From: a virus
DNA length: 50,046 nucleotides
IMG/VR virus record: IMGVR_UViG_3300018079_000006
Strand: one strand, 5' to 3'
Part shown: positions 1 through 9,139 of the stretch, piece after piece
Position numbering within the stretch: position 1 is the stretch's first letter
Layout of the letters: each line of letters begins with the position of its first letter
Translations under genes and position numbers: made by a program
The notes under the pieces: model-generated
What the model saw: only the letters and a program-made list of their open reading frames with translations
Databases searched by the model: none
What the model was told of the DNA's origin: nothing

Positions 1-123
1 CATTCCAGGTTCCGGATAAGATTTTGTTCGAGATGAAGGAGGCCACCGGGGTTTCCGAGCCCATGCGCGGCGTCTTCCCCTCCAAGCGGACCACCGCTAC
101 CGAGACCCAGATCGTTACCGACC
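1..123. repeat. Left copy of exact 123-bp end overlap (closure of a circular or circularly permuted genome)
   Basis: Bases 1-123 (cattccaggttccggataag ... atcgttaccgacc) recur base for base at 49924-50046. Confidence 0.95.
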
Positions 124-587
124 GCGGCGACATGCGCCAATCCGAGCGCCGCTCGGCCCTCGAAGAGTGGTACCTGAGCATCGCTAAGACGATGCTCCAG
201 CTAATGCAGGTCTACTACAACAGGGACCGCATCCTGCGCTATACTGATGATCTGGGCGACGAGTTCGTCTGGGATTGGAATTCGCAGGACATCGCATTCG
301 ATGCGGACCTGGACATCAGCCTGACGCCCAGGGGCAACGCGACTCGCGATCAAAGGGTGCAGCAGTTCTTGCTCTTGATGAACCTCGCGCTGCCCTTGCC
401 TGAAGCAGATCGAGCGGAGTTCATCCGCCAGGCGGCTCTTGAGATGGGCTACCGCGAAGAAGATGTCCGCAGGTTGATCAAGAGTACTACTGAAGTCCAG
501 GCCGAGAAACAGCAGGCTGAATTGGATCAGCTGGCGGTCCGCCCGCAACCATTCGCTAATAGCCCTGCCGGTCTGAATATCGGTTAA
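1..587 (+). CDS. Portal protein, C-terminal part (continuation of the ORF starting at 48684)
   Basis: Frame open from base 3 to stop at 587. It is the same frame as the open ORF at the right end once the overlap is collapsed. Position is immediately after the large terminase. Confidence 0.8.
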   Translation, partial: FQVPDKILFEMKEATGVSEPMRGVFPSKRTTATETQIVTDRGDMRQSERRSALEEWYLSIAKTMLQLMQVYYNRDRILRYTDDLGDEFVWDWNSQDIAFDADLDISLTPRGNATRDQRVQQFLLLMNLALPLPEADRAEFIRQAALEMGYREEDVRRLIKSTTEVQAEKQQAELDQLAVRPQPFANSPAGLNIG

Positions 588-661
588 GCGGCGGTGACAT
601 AGAGGCCGTGTTCCAGCCTTCCAAGCTGGCTACGAGGGTTCGATTCCCTCTCGCCGCTCCA
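588..661 (+). tRNA. tRNA-Gly (anticodon TCC), CCA encoded
   Basis: Cloverleaf read by hand. Acceptor GCGGCGG/TCGCCGC (one G-U); anticodon arm CCAGC-CTTCCAA-GCTGG; T arm GAGGG-TTCGATT-CCCTC; then T-CCA. Confidence 0.85.
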
Positions 662-669
662 TTTGTCTT

Positions 670-741
670 AGCTGCATAGAGCAGAGGCAGCTCGTCAGGC
701 TCATAACCTGAAGGTCCCCGGTTCGAGTCCGGGTGCAGCAA
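670..741 (+). tRNA. tRNA-Met-type (anticodon CAT; could be Ile2 if lysidinylated)
   Basis: Acceptor AGCTGCA/TGCAGCA with an A1-A72 mismatch; T8; D stem GAGC/GCTC; anticodon arm TCAGG-CTCATAA-CCTGA; T arm CCCGG-TTCGAGT-CCGGG. Ends are +/-1 nt. Confidence 0.75.
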
Positions 742-931
742 CTGTGAGAGACCGTAAAGCATCTTTGACACGAAAACATTTTGGCTCTTGGATGGATAGG
801 GAGGAGTCAAAGACTTCCGCTAAACGAGCGGAGAGGGGTCGCGTGAAAGCGATCCTGCACCAAGCGATCGAGGCCCGAGGTACAGGACTCAGTCCCGAGG
901 CTGAAGGGTACAGTCACCAGGAGGTGCAGTA

Positions 932-1876
932 ATGCCGGAACCAAGTCCTAATACGGACAACCAACCCCAGAGTATCCGTGATGCAATTGCGGAGGCGCTG
1001 GGGGAGTCAGGCTACGCGGAAACGCTCCAGGATCAGTTAGATATCCTGGACGACCCGGGTAGCTCCTCGGCCGTTGAGCCCGCAACCGAGGAAGAGACGC
1101 CTAGTACAGATGACGACCAGCTCAAGGCAGCTGCCGAGGCCGCCGCTAAAGCGAAAGCAGAGGCGGATAGTACAGCAGAAAAGCTGCCAGAAGAGTATTT
1201 TGGTACGAGTCTTGAGGGGCTATCGGACGAGCAGAGGGAAGCAGTTATCGCTGCTCTGTCACAGCGGGACAGCTATATCCAACAGCTGCAACAGAAACTT
1301 GTAGAGGAACCTCCCGCGCTTGAGGAGAAACCGCCGGAGCCAGAGGTGGAAATCACCGATGACGATATCCTGCGGGCAATCGGGCTAGACCCCGAACAGG
1401 GCGACCAGCTCGAACTCGAATACGCTCGGAAGTTTACCCTTCCCATCGCCAAGCAGGTTATGGCGCTGGAAGAAACTGTTCAGAAGATCACCGAAACGGA
1501 GAACGTCCGAGACATTTCGACGTTCTGGAACGGCACCTTGGATCGACTCGAAGGCGAGTTCGGTAAGCTCCCGGGAGACCGGGTTCAGGTTTTGCAGTAC
1601 GCCGCCAGAGAGAAGATCTCGGACCCGGAAGTCCTGTATTTCCGGTTGACCGTTCCTACCCGTAAGGCGATTGACACCGAGGTTTCGAAGGTTCGCCAGG
1701 ACGCCGCCAAGAGGGCGGCCCAGGGCGGTCTCCGACCCCGCTCCACCGAAGTAGGTGGTAAGGTGCTGGACACGAAGGATAAGGACCTGAGACAGATCGT
1801 CCGAGAGGCGGCGCTCCAGGCCCAGGAGGAATCCGGCTTCAAGTGGAAAGACGTCCTGAAGGGCGGGCGCAGCTAA
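932..1876 (+). CDS. Putative scaffolding protein
   Basis: 314 aa, acidic, Ala/Glu/Gln-rich helical sequence between portal and major capsid. AGGAGG SD and a TAATG junction at the start. Confidence 0.6.
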   Translation: MPEPSPNTDNQPQSIRDAIAEALGESGYAETLQDQLDILDDPGSSSAVEPATEEETPSTDDDQLKAAAEAAAKAKAEADSTAEKLPEEYFGTSLEGLSDEQREAVIAALSQRDSYIQQLQQKLVEEPPALEEKPPEPEVEITDDDILRAIGLDPEQGDQLELEYARKFTLPIAKQVMALEETVQKITETENVRDISTFWNGTLDRLEGEFGKLPGDRVQVLQYAAREKISDPEVLYFRLTVPTRKAIDTEVSKVRQDAAKRAAQGGLRPRSTEVGGKVLDTKDKDLRQIVREAALQAQEESGFKWKDVLKGGRS

Positions 1877-1910
1877 GAGATGCTGAGATGATCAGCGAAG
1901 GAAAGCGATA

Positions 1911-2855
1911 ATGTCTATTTTCACCGACCAGTTCGATGTGCTAGTCACAACGACACTGGATAAATCGCGGCCCAAGCTGGCTGACCAGATCACCACCGAC
2001 AACGCCGTCACGGCGTTCTTGAACTCGAAGTCTCGGGTCAAGTTGGACGGTGGGTCCGTGGTCCGGCGACCGCTTGTGTTCGCATTCAACGATACCGTCT
2101 CGACCTACTCGGGTTACGACGTTATCGACACTACCCCCCAGGAAGGTCTGGGCTGGGCCGAGTACGAGTGGCGCCAGCATGCTGGTTCCGTCGTGATCTC
2201 GGGTGAGGAAGTTCGTAAGAACTCCGGAGCTGCCCAGCTCATCAACCTGCTGGAGGCCAAGGTCGATCAGTTGCGGTTCTCCGTGGCTGATGACATGAAC
2301 GCTATGTTGTGGGCTGCGTCTGTCGGGAACGGCGGCAAAGACTTCAACAGCATTCCGGTTTTGATCAAGGACTCGGGTACGGTGGCGGGGATTGACCCGA
2401 CCACGTATACCTGGTGGAAGTCCACGTTGGCCACGCTTATCGACCTGACGACTTTCGATGGGATCGATAACATGGGCAACTTGTATAACACCGTCAAGGT
2501 GAACAAGGGTCGCGTTGACGGCGTGTTCGCTTCGCAGGCTGTGTACGAGGCGTACGAGGCGCTTGCCGTCCCGAACGTCCGCTTTGAGCAGGTCAAGATG
2601 GCCGACCTGGGGTTCCAGGCCGTCGCCTTCAAGGCTGCCGAGCTGATGTTCGAGCCGGACGTGCCCGCCGCGACGATCTATATGATCGACTCGTCTCGCC
2701 TTGAGTTCGTGCAGCACACCGCTGCATGGCTCTCGATGACCGAGTTCGTTCGTCCGTACAACCAGGACGCGAAGGTGGCACTGATCCTCTCGATGGGTCA
2801 GCTGCTCACCGACTCGCGACGTAGTCACGGTTACGCGACGGGTGTGGTCACCTAA
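1911..2855 (+). CDS. Major capsid protein
   Basis: 314 aa ORF directly after the scaffold. The N-terminal pattern resembles T7 gp10-type coat proteins. It is followed by a GC hairpin. Confidence 0.75.
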   Translation: MSIFTDQFDVLVTTTLDKSRPKLADQITTDNAVTAFLNSKSRVKLDGGSVVRRPLVFAFNDTVSTYSGYDVIDTTPQEGLGWAEYEWRQHAGSVVISGEEVRKNSGAAQLINLLEAKVDQLRFSVADDMNAMLWAASVGNGGKDFNSIPVLIKDSGTVAGIDPTTYTWWKSTLATLIDLTTFDGIDNMGNLYNTVKVNKGRVDGVFASQAVYEAYEALAVPNVRFEQVKMADLGFQAVAFKAAELMFEPDVPAATIYMIDSSRLEFVQHTAAWLSMTEFVRPYNQDAKVALILSMGQLLTDSRRSHGYATGVVT

Positions 2856-2876
2856 GCTGTAATCGTAAATGAGGAC

Positions 2877-2900
2877 CCCGGGGGGCTACGGTTCCCCGGG
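2877..2900 (+). terminator. GC hairpin after capsid gene (possible attenuator/terminator)
   Basis: CCCGGGG (2877-2883) pairs with CCCCGGG (2894-2900); there is no clear U tract. Confidence 0.35.
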
Positions 2901-2922
2901 TATCCCCATTGGGAGGCAGCAG

Positions 2923-3396
2923 ATGAAGATTATTGAACCGCAGCGGACCTTTGAAAAGACGATGGAGTCCAGAAGCTTTGAAGTCCTCGATTCGCACAAG
3001 CGGATGGAGGAAAGAGAAGCCAACCGTGCCGCGAATCGTATCAAGGAGCAAGAACTCCTTGACGCTAGGCGGGGTAGGGCTAAAAGGTTGACCGCGGATG
3101 AGCATGTCGCCAAGGCTGTCAAGAAGCTAAGTGGCATGAACGTCATGCACACGGTTAACTTTTTACGGACCCTATCGTCCCGGGAGCTCGATTATTACTT
3201 GATCGCAGAATCGATCAGCGAGAACCGGGTTACGGTCCTAAAGCAGTTCAGCACCCCAAGAAAGTCGGTAGTTGTTGCCTTCTACGGCACCGATACTCCC
3301 GATGAAGCAATAGAGGACGAGGCTTCCAATCCAGAAGCCAGTCCCGACGAGTCTCCTGAAGACACCAGTCCGATAGTGGAGCAAACAGAGGAGTAA
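2923..3396 (+). CDS. Hypothetical protein with acidic C-terminus
   Basis: ATG 2923 preceded by GGGAGG. The ORF-track start at 2869 lies inside the hairpin. Confidence 0.6.
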   Translation: MKIIEPQRTFEKTMESRSFEVLDSHKRMEEREANRAANRIKEQELLDARRGRAKRLTADEHVAKAVKKLSGMNVMHTVNFLRTLSSRELDYYLIAESISENRVTVLKQFSTPRKSVVVAFYGTDTPDEAIEDEASNPEASPDESPEDTSPIVEQTEE

Positions 3397-3399
3397 GAA

Positions 3400-3846
3400 A
3401 TGGCTATCAAGAAGAGACGAATTGAGGGATTGGTCCTGGATACGGACCACGACCTCGGTAATATTGCGGGGGCGCAGACGGTCAAGCTGGGCCTTGGGGC
3501 TCCGTTTGCCAAGTTGCTCTCTATCCGCGCCCGCAACTGGGCATCCGCGGCAAAGGGTGCGGCGGGTGCCGATGTCCTCACGAAAATCCGCATTACGGAT
3601 GCCAATGGCGACATTGTGTATCTGGATGCAGCCGATAGGGACTACGCTACGGCAGAAGTCACTATCAACCCGACGCAGGACGACACGGTTACGGGTCTGA
3701 ACGTGATCGCAACCGATGCTACCGGTGCTACCGCGACGGCCGGTGCGGGTGCTCCGATTATCATGCAGGGTCCAGTTCTGGTTGCTGTTGTGAACGGTGC
3801 TACGGCTACCGACTTCTTCACCTGCGACCTGATCGTGGAGGTGTAA
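3400..3846 (+). CDS. Hypothetical head-associated protein
   Basis: 148 aa, tightly packed in the head module, high third-position GC. Confidence 0.6.
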   Translation: MAIKKRRIEGLVLDTDHDLGNIAGAQTVKLGLGAPFAKLLSIRARNWASAAKGAAGADVLTKIRITDANGDIVYLDAADRDYATAEVTINPTQDDTVTGLNVIATDATGATATAGAGAPIIMQGPVLVAVVNGATATDFFTCDLIVEV

Positions 3847-3847
3847 T

Positions 3848-4717
3848 ATGGTTGCTATCGCAGTTACTTCACTCGCTGGTGCTAGCCTGGACGTGGATGG
3901 GGATTCCCCATCTCGTCAGCCTCGTATTGGCCTTCGCGGCGCGACCGGCGGAGTATATGTCGGCCCGATTATCGGGGGGGACGCAATTATCGAAGGACCC
4001 GCAACTCCGACGCACGCAACCGGATCGGCCGCGGGCGGGGTTGAGGACACCACGGGGTATCGCGAGTCGGACACCTACGGAGTCACAGGCGACAACACCG
4101 GTATGACCGGGGCGCAGGGTGGGGTCGTCGAGATCCAGACCCGGCCTACCGGTCGGACGGCTTACAATGCCGACGGTATCTTCGGGGGGAGTATTCCCGG
4201 GTATGCCGCGCAGCGCTCGACTCAGAGAGCGGCCGCCGCTAATGGTGTTGACGTTTCCGGCGGTGTTATCACCGGAGCTTTCATCGACAAGAGGAGTTCT
4301 CTTTCGAGGGAAGCCCTCGGGTCTAATAGCAAGACTACGGTGGACGGCGAGACGGTTACCAGGGCGATTACAATTCCGACTACTAGTACTACCGCGGACC
4401 AGGCTGCAGGAATCGTTTCTTTAGTCGCGGGTGATGACCTGCTCCGGGTTGACCTCCACGCGGACGACATCACAGGAGGTGCCAGCGGTTTGAAGGGCGC
4501 CGAAATTGTGCTGTTTAGGCGGGGGACCGATACGGATGAAGACGGCGATTTCGTGGGACACGTCTCCGCTGACGGCGGGACGGACATCACGGATGCCTTC
4601 GTCGGGCTTCTCAGCGCCACGACTTACGCTTTCTACGCGCGTTTCCGCAAGGCGGACGCGAACGGGAAGATCCAGGTCAGCGCTTGGTCGGCTAGAAACA
4701 CCGTTGCTACAACGTAA
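3848..4717 (+). CDS. Hypothetical structural protein, possible surface/decoration protein
   Basis: 289 aa, Gly/Thr-rich with a beta-rich C-terminal segment (YAFYARFRKADANGKIQVSAWS). Followed by a strong terminator. Confidence 0.55.
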   Translation: MVAIAVTSLAGASLDVDGDSPSRQPRIGLRGATGGVYVGPIIGGDAIIEGPATPTHATGSAAGGVEDTTGYRESDTYGVTGDNTGMTGAQGGVVEIQTRPTGRTAYNADGIFGGSIPGYAAQRSTQRAAAANGVDVSGGVITGAFIDKRSSLSREALGSNSKTTVDGETVTRAITIPTTSTTADQAAGIVSLVAGDDLLRVDLHADDITGGASGLKGAEIVLFRRGTDTDEDGDFVGHVSADGGTDITDAFVGLLSATTYAFYARFRKADANGKIQVSAWSARNTVATT

Positions 4718-4731
4718 CACAAGACGCTGAT

Positions 4732-4754
4732 GGGGGGTCTTCGGACCCCCTCTC
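4732..4754 (+). terminator. Rho-independent-type terminator hairpin
   Basis: GGGGGTC-TTCG-GACCCCC (7 bp plus G-U, UUCG tetraloop) followed by TCTC. Confidence 0.6.
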
Positions 4755-4769
4755 GGGGAGGTTCTAGAC

Positions 4770-5171
4770 ATGGCAACTGTTTTTGTAGGTATAGATAGGG
4801 AACCAGGCGTATTCAATTCTGACATTACTCTCGCGCGCGATGCGAGAGGACAGCTTTATCATGTCGCCTATACGGCAGAAGGCGGGGCTACCGCAGTGCT
4901 GGATGTCAAATTCCAGTACTACGACACGGTGACGGGGACTTATGAAGACTTGAAGGATTCGGAAGGTACTGTTGTAGCCTTCGCGCAGTTTACCGGGGTT
5001 TCTGAAGATGATCTGATCATCCACCCGGATATGGCGCAGACTGCCGACGCTACTCACCCTCTGGCAACCGGTCGCCGGTTTGCCACGCCCCACCCCCGCA
5101 AGTTGCGGGTTGTGGCTACCGTGGGTACCGACAACTTGACTTTTAGTATTGCCAGCGTTCCGTTGGCGTAA
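4770..5171 (+). CDS. Hypothetical structural protein
   Basis: 133 aa with a GGGGAGG SD upstream of the ATG. Confidence 0.6.
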   Translation: MATVFVGIDREPGVFNSDITLARDARGQLYHVAYTAEGGATAVLDVKFQYYDTVTGTYEDLKDSEGTVVAFAQFTGVSEDDLIIHPDMAQTADATHPLATGRRFATPHPRKLRVVATVGTDNLTFSIASVPLA

Positions 5172-5180
5172 GGAGACGTG

Positions 5181-5762
5181 ATGGCAAGAGCTAACAGGAC
5201 ACTCGAAGACCGGGCTCGTTTTGGTCTCGGTTATGATACGCAGGATGACGAGACCGATCCTTCTGATACTCAGACTCAGCTAACGGCTGAGGGCGTCACG
5301 GCCGTCGCTTCGATCCCAACAGCTGCTTTGGAAGACGACGCCGTAACAAATGCGAAGATCGCAGACAACGCCGTTGACAACCTGCAGATGACCACGAACG
5401 CCAAACGCCGAATTTCAAGGACCGTGTGGTTCAACTTGGACAACGGGGCTGCCGCCACGATTGATGATGTAATCATGAAAGTGTCGGTGGCTATGACTGT
5501 TATCGCTGCCCGTATTGTATACGTAGATGCCACGACCGGTACTGTCGCGGCGGGGAACGCCCGAATCGGAACTACGCTAGGTGGTTCTGAAGTTGTGGCC
5601 GCCACTGCGTATGGCGACGCCGTTGCGGTTGGCACCCAGACCGCGATGACCATCGTTTCAGGCGTGATCGCCGCGGGCGGCGCCGTATTCGTGAGGCACA
5701 CAGGCGTCGCCGCGACTCAGGCGGGCCAGGCATTCGTAGAGATTGAATACAGGCCGACGTAA
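5181..5762 (+). CDS. Hypothetical structural protein
   Basis: AAGGAG SD 5 nt before ATG 5181; Ala/Val/Thr-rich beta-type sequence. Confidence 0.6.
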   Translation: MARANRTLEDRARFGLGYDTQDDETDPSDTQTQLTAEGVTAVASIPTAALEDDAVTNAKIADNAVDNLQMTTNAKRRISRTVWFNLDNGAAATIDDVIMKVSVAMTVIAARIVYVDATTGTVAAGNARIGTTLGGSEVVAATAYGDAVAVGTQTAMTIVSGVIAAGGAVFVRHTGVAATQAGQAFVEIEYRPT

Positions 5763-5776
5763 GCTCGGGAGGGGCA

Positions 5777-6106
5777 ATGATATACTGCTACAGTTGTCCT
5801 AAGTGCGGCTACGGCTTCGAGGTCAAAAACCGGGATGTCCGGACTTGCCCAGCCTGCATGAAGGCTGATCTGGTCCGCGACTACCGCGCGGAGAATGTTG
5901 GCGTTTCCCTAGTAGAAGTGAAGAAGTTGCGCGAGCACCCGCAGGAGGAATACGCCGCGAAGATGCTTCCCACCAACGCGGACTTCGCCTCCCCCTCTGA
6001 CCCCGAGGGCAAGAAGGGTATGAGGCAGTGGCGTGACGAGCACCGGCCAAAGGAAGGCAATAAGCGCCCGTTCTGGCCCGGTGAAGTAGAGAAGAAGACT
6101 TTCTAA
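5777..6106 (+). CDS. Zinc-ribbon protein (FmdB-like CxxC...CxxC)
   Basis: N-terminus MIYCYSCPKCGYGFEV...RTCPACM. Confidence 0.6.
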   Translation: MIYCYSCPKCGYGFEVKNRDVRTCPACMKADLVRDYRAENVGVSLVEVKKLREHPQEEYAAKMLPTNADFASPSDPEGKKGMRQWRDEHRPKEGNKRPFWPGEVEKKTF

Positions 6107-6312
6107 TGAGGGTGTTCATCTCGAACGATGATGGGGAGATGCTAGTCTCCCATGCTGGTGGAATTACTTACGTCCACCAGGGAGATACTGACGCATTGGC
6201 TTTTGCCCTTTTCAAACTGGCCGTGGGACTCATGAAGCCGAGCAATGAAGGATTTGATATGCCCGATGCTTCTGACATCAGGGAGATCGTCGCTGACGGA
6301 GGTCCCGTGTAA
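6106..6312 (+). CDS. Hypothetical protein
   Basis: 68 aa with TAATG junctions at both ends. Confidence 0.5.
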   Translation: MRVFISNDDGEMLVSHAGGITYVHQGDTDALAFALFKLAVGLMKPSNEGFDMPDASDIREIVADGGPV

Positions 6313-6776
6313 TGGCAACTGCCGCTCAAATTCGCTTTCGTCGGGGAACTGCGGCAGAGTGGGCATCCATAAACCCGGTTCTCCTCCAGGGCGAGCCGGG
6401 TTTTGAAATAAATACTGGCAAGGTCAAGATCGGTAATAGCGTCAACGCTTGGAATGATCTCCCGTACAGCCTTGAGCAAGGTCCCGCAGGTCCTGAAGGT
6501 CCTGCTGGGGCACAAGGATCTCCAGGTTTTGCGGGTGCTGACGGAGAAATAGGGCCTATGGGGTTCCCAGGTCTCCGAGGCCCAGCAGGTCCGCCCGGTG
6601 CGGATGGTGGCGGGGGAGGAGGAGCAACTAGCGCAGGTATTGGGCCTGTTGATGGTGGCATCGCGACCACAACCTACCTCGGCTACACGGCTGCGGGCTA
6701 CAAGTTTGACGGCGGTGCCGATGGGGCACTGGCACATCACTTCGGTACTGCGGCGGTAGATGGAGGTTCAGCGTAG
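6312..6776 (+). CDS. Collagen-like tail fibre protein with Mtd-N-type N-terminal domain
   Basis: N-terminus [46 protein letters not shown], then about 15 G-X-Y triplets and a poly-Gly run. Confidence 0.7.
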   Translation: MATAAQIRFRRGTAAEWASINPVLLQGEPGFEINTGKVKIGNSVNAWNDLPYSLEQGPAGPEGPAGAQGSPGFAGADGEIGPMGFPGLRGPAGPPGADGGGGGGATSAGIGPVDGGIATTTYLGYTAAGYKFDGGADGALAHHFGTAAVDGGSA

Positions 6777-8014
6777 TGGGCGTCATAATTCAGATTCAAC
6801 TTCGGCGTGACGTCGCCGCCGACTGGACTTCAGCCAACCCCGTACTTGCCGATGGCGAGATGGGGCTAGAGACCGATACCAACAAGTTCAAGATCGGCGA
6901 TGGCACCACGGCCTGGAGTAGCCTTCCGTATGGGGGCATTGCTGGCGCTGCGGGAGCCGCCGGGGCTTCCGGCGCACAAGGGCCGATGGGATTTGAAGGT
7001 GAGCAGGGCGAGTCGGGGTTCACGATCCCAGGCCCGACAGGAACTGCTGGCCCGCAGGGAGAGCCTGGGGTCGGCGGACATACCATCGCCGACGCCGGTA
7101 CCCCAGAGACCCAGCGCGCGACGCTGGATTTCCAAGATGGCTTCATCGTCACTGACAATCCCGGGGCGGCCAGCACCGACGTAGACATTGACACGGCAGC
7201 CATCGACCATGGCGGACTCGCCGGGCTCGCTGATGACGACCACACGCAGTACCGCTTGGAGTCGGCCGACCACTCACATGCTTCCACCGGCCTAGAGGCA
7301 GGAACGGTCTCCCATGATGTCTTGACGGGTGTCAGTGCGGATGACCACCACGCCCAGGCCCACTCTGGTGCGGACCATACCGATCCGGCAGCGGCGACCA
7401 CCGTAGACATCGGGGACACAGCAGCGGCAGGAACCGGCACGAACCCGCCCGCCGCCGACGATCACGTACACGGCTTCCCAGCCCCTGCCGCGGCCTACCC
7501 CCTCGACACGACCTTCGCGGCGGAGGCAGATGGTACGGCTACTACGCCCGCTCGGAGCGACCACCGGCATACTATTACCGACCCGACTGACCTTCCGGCC
7601 AACGATGTCGTCGGAACCACAACCGGCACCGAGGGTGCGAGCACCCAGGTAGCACGAGCGAACCACGCACACGGCATCACGGCGTACAGGTTCTCTGTAG
7701 GCGGGTTGCTCGACGGTGCCGGTGCTTCACCGGCAACCGGCTTTCGCATGGTGTGGCGCGCGCCGTTCGCCTGCACCGTGGTGGAAATCCAAGGGCACGT
7801 GGACGCGGGCACCACCACGACGGTTAACGCACGCCTAAATCAGACCTCTGACTTCCTGGCGGCCGACCTGGCCATCGCCGCGGCCAACGCTTGGTCAACG
7901 TCCTCCACCATCCAGAACGCCGCCGTCGCCATCGACGACGACATCGAGATCGAAGTCGTGAACGCGGGGACGGCCACGAAGATCACCATCCAGGTAGAAC
8001 TGACGAGGCCGTAA
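6776..8014 (+). CDS. Tail fibre protein (Mtd-N-type N-terminus, collagen-like repeats, repeated HxH motifs)
   Basis: GTG start overlapping TAG. N-terminus IQLRRDVAADWTSANPVLADGEMGLETDTNKFKIGDGTTAWSSLPY, then G-X-Y triplets. HxH-type motifs follow: DHSH, HHAQAH, DHVH, DHRH, NHAH. Confidence 0.75.
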   Translation: MGVIIQIQLRRDVAADWTSANPVLADGEMGLETDTNKFKIGDGTTAWSSLPYGGIAGAAGAAGASGAQGPMGFEGEQGESGFTIPGPTGTAGPQGEPGVGGHTIADAGTPETQRATLDFQDGFIVTDNPGAASTDVDIDTAAIDHGGLAGLADDDHTQYRLESADHSHASTGLEAGTVSHDVLTGVSADDHHAQAHSGADHTDPAAATTVDIGDTAAAGTGTNPPAADDHVHGFPAPAAAYPLDTTFAAEADGTATTPARSDHRHTITDPTDLPANDVVGTTTGTEGASTQVARANHAHGITAYRFSVGGLLDGAGASPATGFRMVWRAPFACTVVEIQGHVDAGTTTTVNARLNQTSDFLAADLAIAAANAWSTSSTIQNAAVAIDDDIEIEVVNAGTATKITIQVELTRP

Positions 8015-8772
8015 TGGCTATCGGTTACAGAGCGAACGGTGGCGTTGACTTCGGCATCAACAGCCTTACGCCGACCATCGACCCATCCCAGGTAACGGGC
8101 GACATGATGATCCTGATCGCTGGGGGGAAGCCGTTCGATTTGGGCTGGTCGGTCGGTGCCGCGGGCTGGACCGCGTTAGGCAGTGGCGCAAGCGGCAGCA
8201 CGGCTGCGGGCGTGGACATCGGTTCGATGAAGTTCCAGGTCTGGTACAAGGTGGCGACGACCGACACCGAGGCGAACCCCACGCTCACCGAGGGGACGCC
8301 CGCGTTCAACATCGTAGGGTGTTCGCTCCACATATTCAGCAAGGGCGCGGGCGAGGTCTGGGGGACGCCCGTTGTGGTATACGGCGCAGACGAGACAGAC
8401 GGGACCGCGCTCTCCTTCACGTTCGCCTCCGATCCAGGCGTCACAGCGGGCGACCATATCCTCTGTGGTGTCGCGGTCAACACGGACGCGATCGGTCCTC
8501 TCACTGCCAACTTGACGCCCGCCCAAACGGGGGTCACGTTCGGAGCGACAACCGAGAGGAACGAGGGCGAGACCACTTCGGGCGGTGACATGTCCTTCCA
8601 CTCGACTGACACCCCGGTCACCAGTGGTACCGGCTCTGCGGCCCCGACAGCGACCGGCACGGGAACAGCGTCGGGCGGCGACATCGACCGCGCGGAGGCT
8701 GCCTTCATCCGCCTACGAGTTTCTACACCAACCGGATCACCGTCGTTCATAGTCATTACAGCAGGAGTATAA
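8014..8772 (+). CDS. Hypothetical tail/fibre-associated protein
   Basis: ATG 8014 in a TAATG junction. The upstream part of the ORF-track ORF (7891-) is an Arg/His-rich out-of-context extension. Confidence 0.6.
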   Translation: MAIGYRANGGVDFGINSLTPTIDPSQVTGDMMILIAGGKPFDLGWSVGAAGWTALGSGASGSTAAGVDIGSMKFQVWYKVATTDTEANPTLTEGTPAFNIVGCSLHIFSKGAGEVWGTPVVVYGADETDGTALSFTFASDPGVTAGDHILCGVAVNTDAIGPLTANLTPAQTGVTFGATTERNEGETTSGGDMSFHSTDTPVTSGTGSAAPTATGTGTASGGDIDRAEAAFIRLRVSTPTGSPSFIVITAGV

Positions 8773-8785
8773 GAAAGGAAAAGAT

Positions 8786-9124
8786 ATGGCAGGAACACCA
8801 TTTAGGGATGGGCCGGACTTCGTCGCTGTCGCAGTCGCGAACATCTACGTTCCGGCTGCGGGCACGTACGCGCTCGTCCGACACATCCACATCGCGAACA
8901 CCAATGCCGCGTCAAGGACATTGGCCCTCTATGTCGGTGCGACCGGCGGTTCGGCCAACGGCACCGAGCTGTGTGAGGGCAAAGTGATTCCGTTGAACGA
9001 CGTCTACGAACTCTACTTCCCATCGGGTCTCAAGCTAACTTCGGCAGACTTCTTGACTGGAGTTTCGAGCGTTGATGGTACATCGCTGGTTTGCACGATC
9101 ACTGGTGAACTTTACGTCGTTTAA
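8786..9124 (+). CDS. Small fibre-module protein, paralogue of 11310-11633
   Basis: NIYVPAAGTYALVRHIHIANTNAASRTLALYV aligns with AIYTVPSVTTTIIKHIVITNNTAGAVTGITLYH. Confidence 0.6.
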   Translation: MAGTPFRDGPDFVAVAVANIYVPAAGTYALVRHIHIANTNAASRTLALYVGATGGSANGTELCEGKVIPLNDVYELYFPSGLKLTSADFLTGVSSVDGTSLVCTITGELYVV

Positions 9125-9139
9125 TTGGAAGGATTGTTT

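Noticed and set aside
1941-2828. 295-aa minus-strand ORF antisense to the major capsid gene
   Set aside because: It is a mirror ORF typical of GC-rich coding DNA. Its composition is Arg/Gly/His/Val-rich, it has no SD, and it overlaps a well-supported plus-strand gene completely.
6312-8014. Possible diversity-generating retroelement, because the fibres carry Mtd-type N-terminal domains
   Set aside because: The closed genome has no reverse transcriptase ORF. I saw no template/variable repeat pair and no C-type-lectin-like C-terminus with adenine-specific variation.
8025-8801. 258-aa minus-strand ORF antisense to 8014-8772
   Set aside because: Same mirror-ORF artefact. It would be a lone reverse gene in the middle of a tightly coupled plus-strand module.
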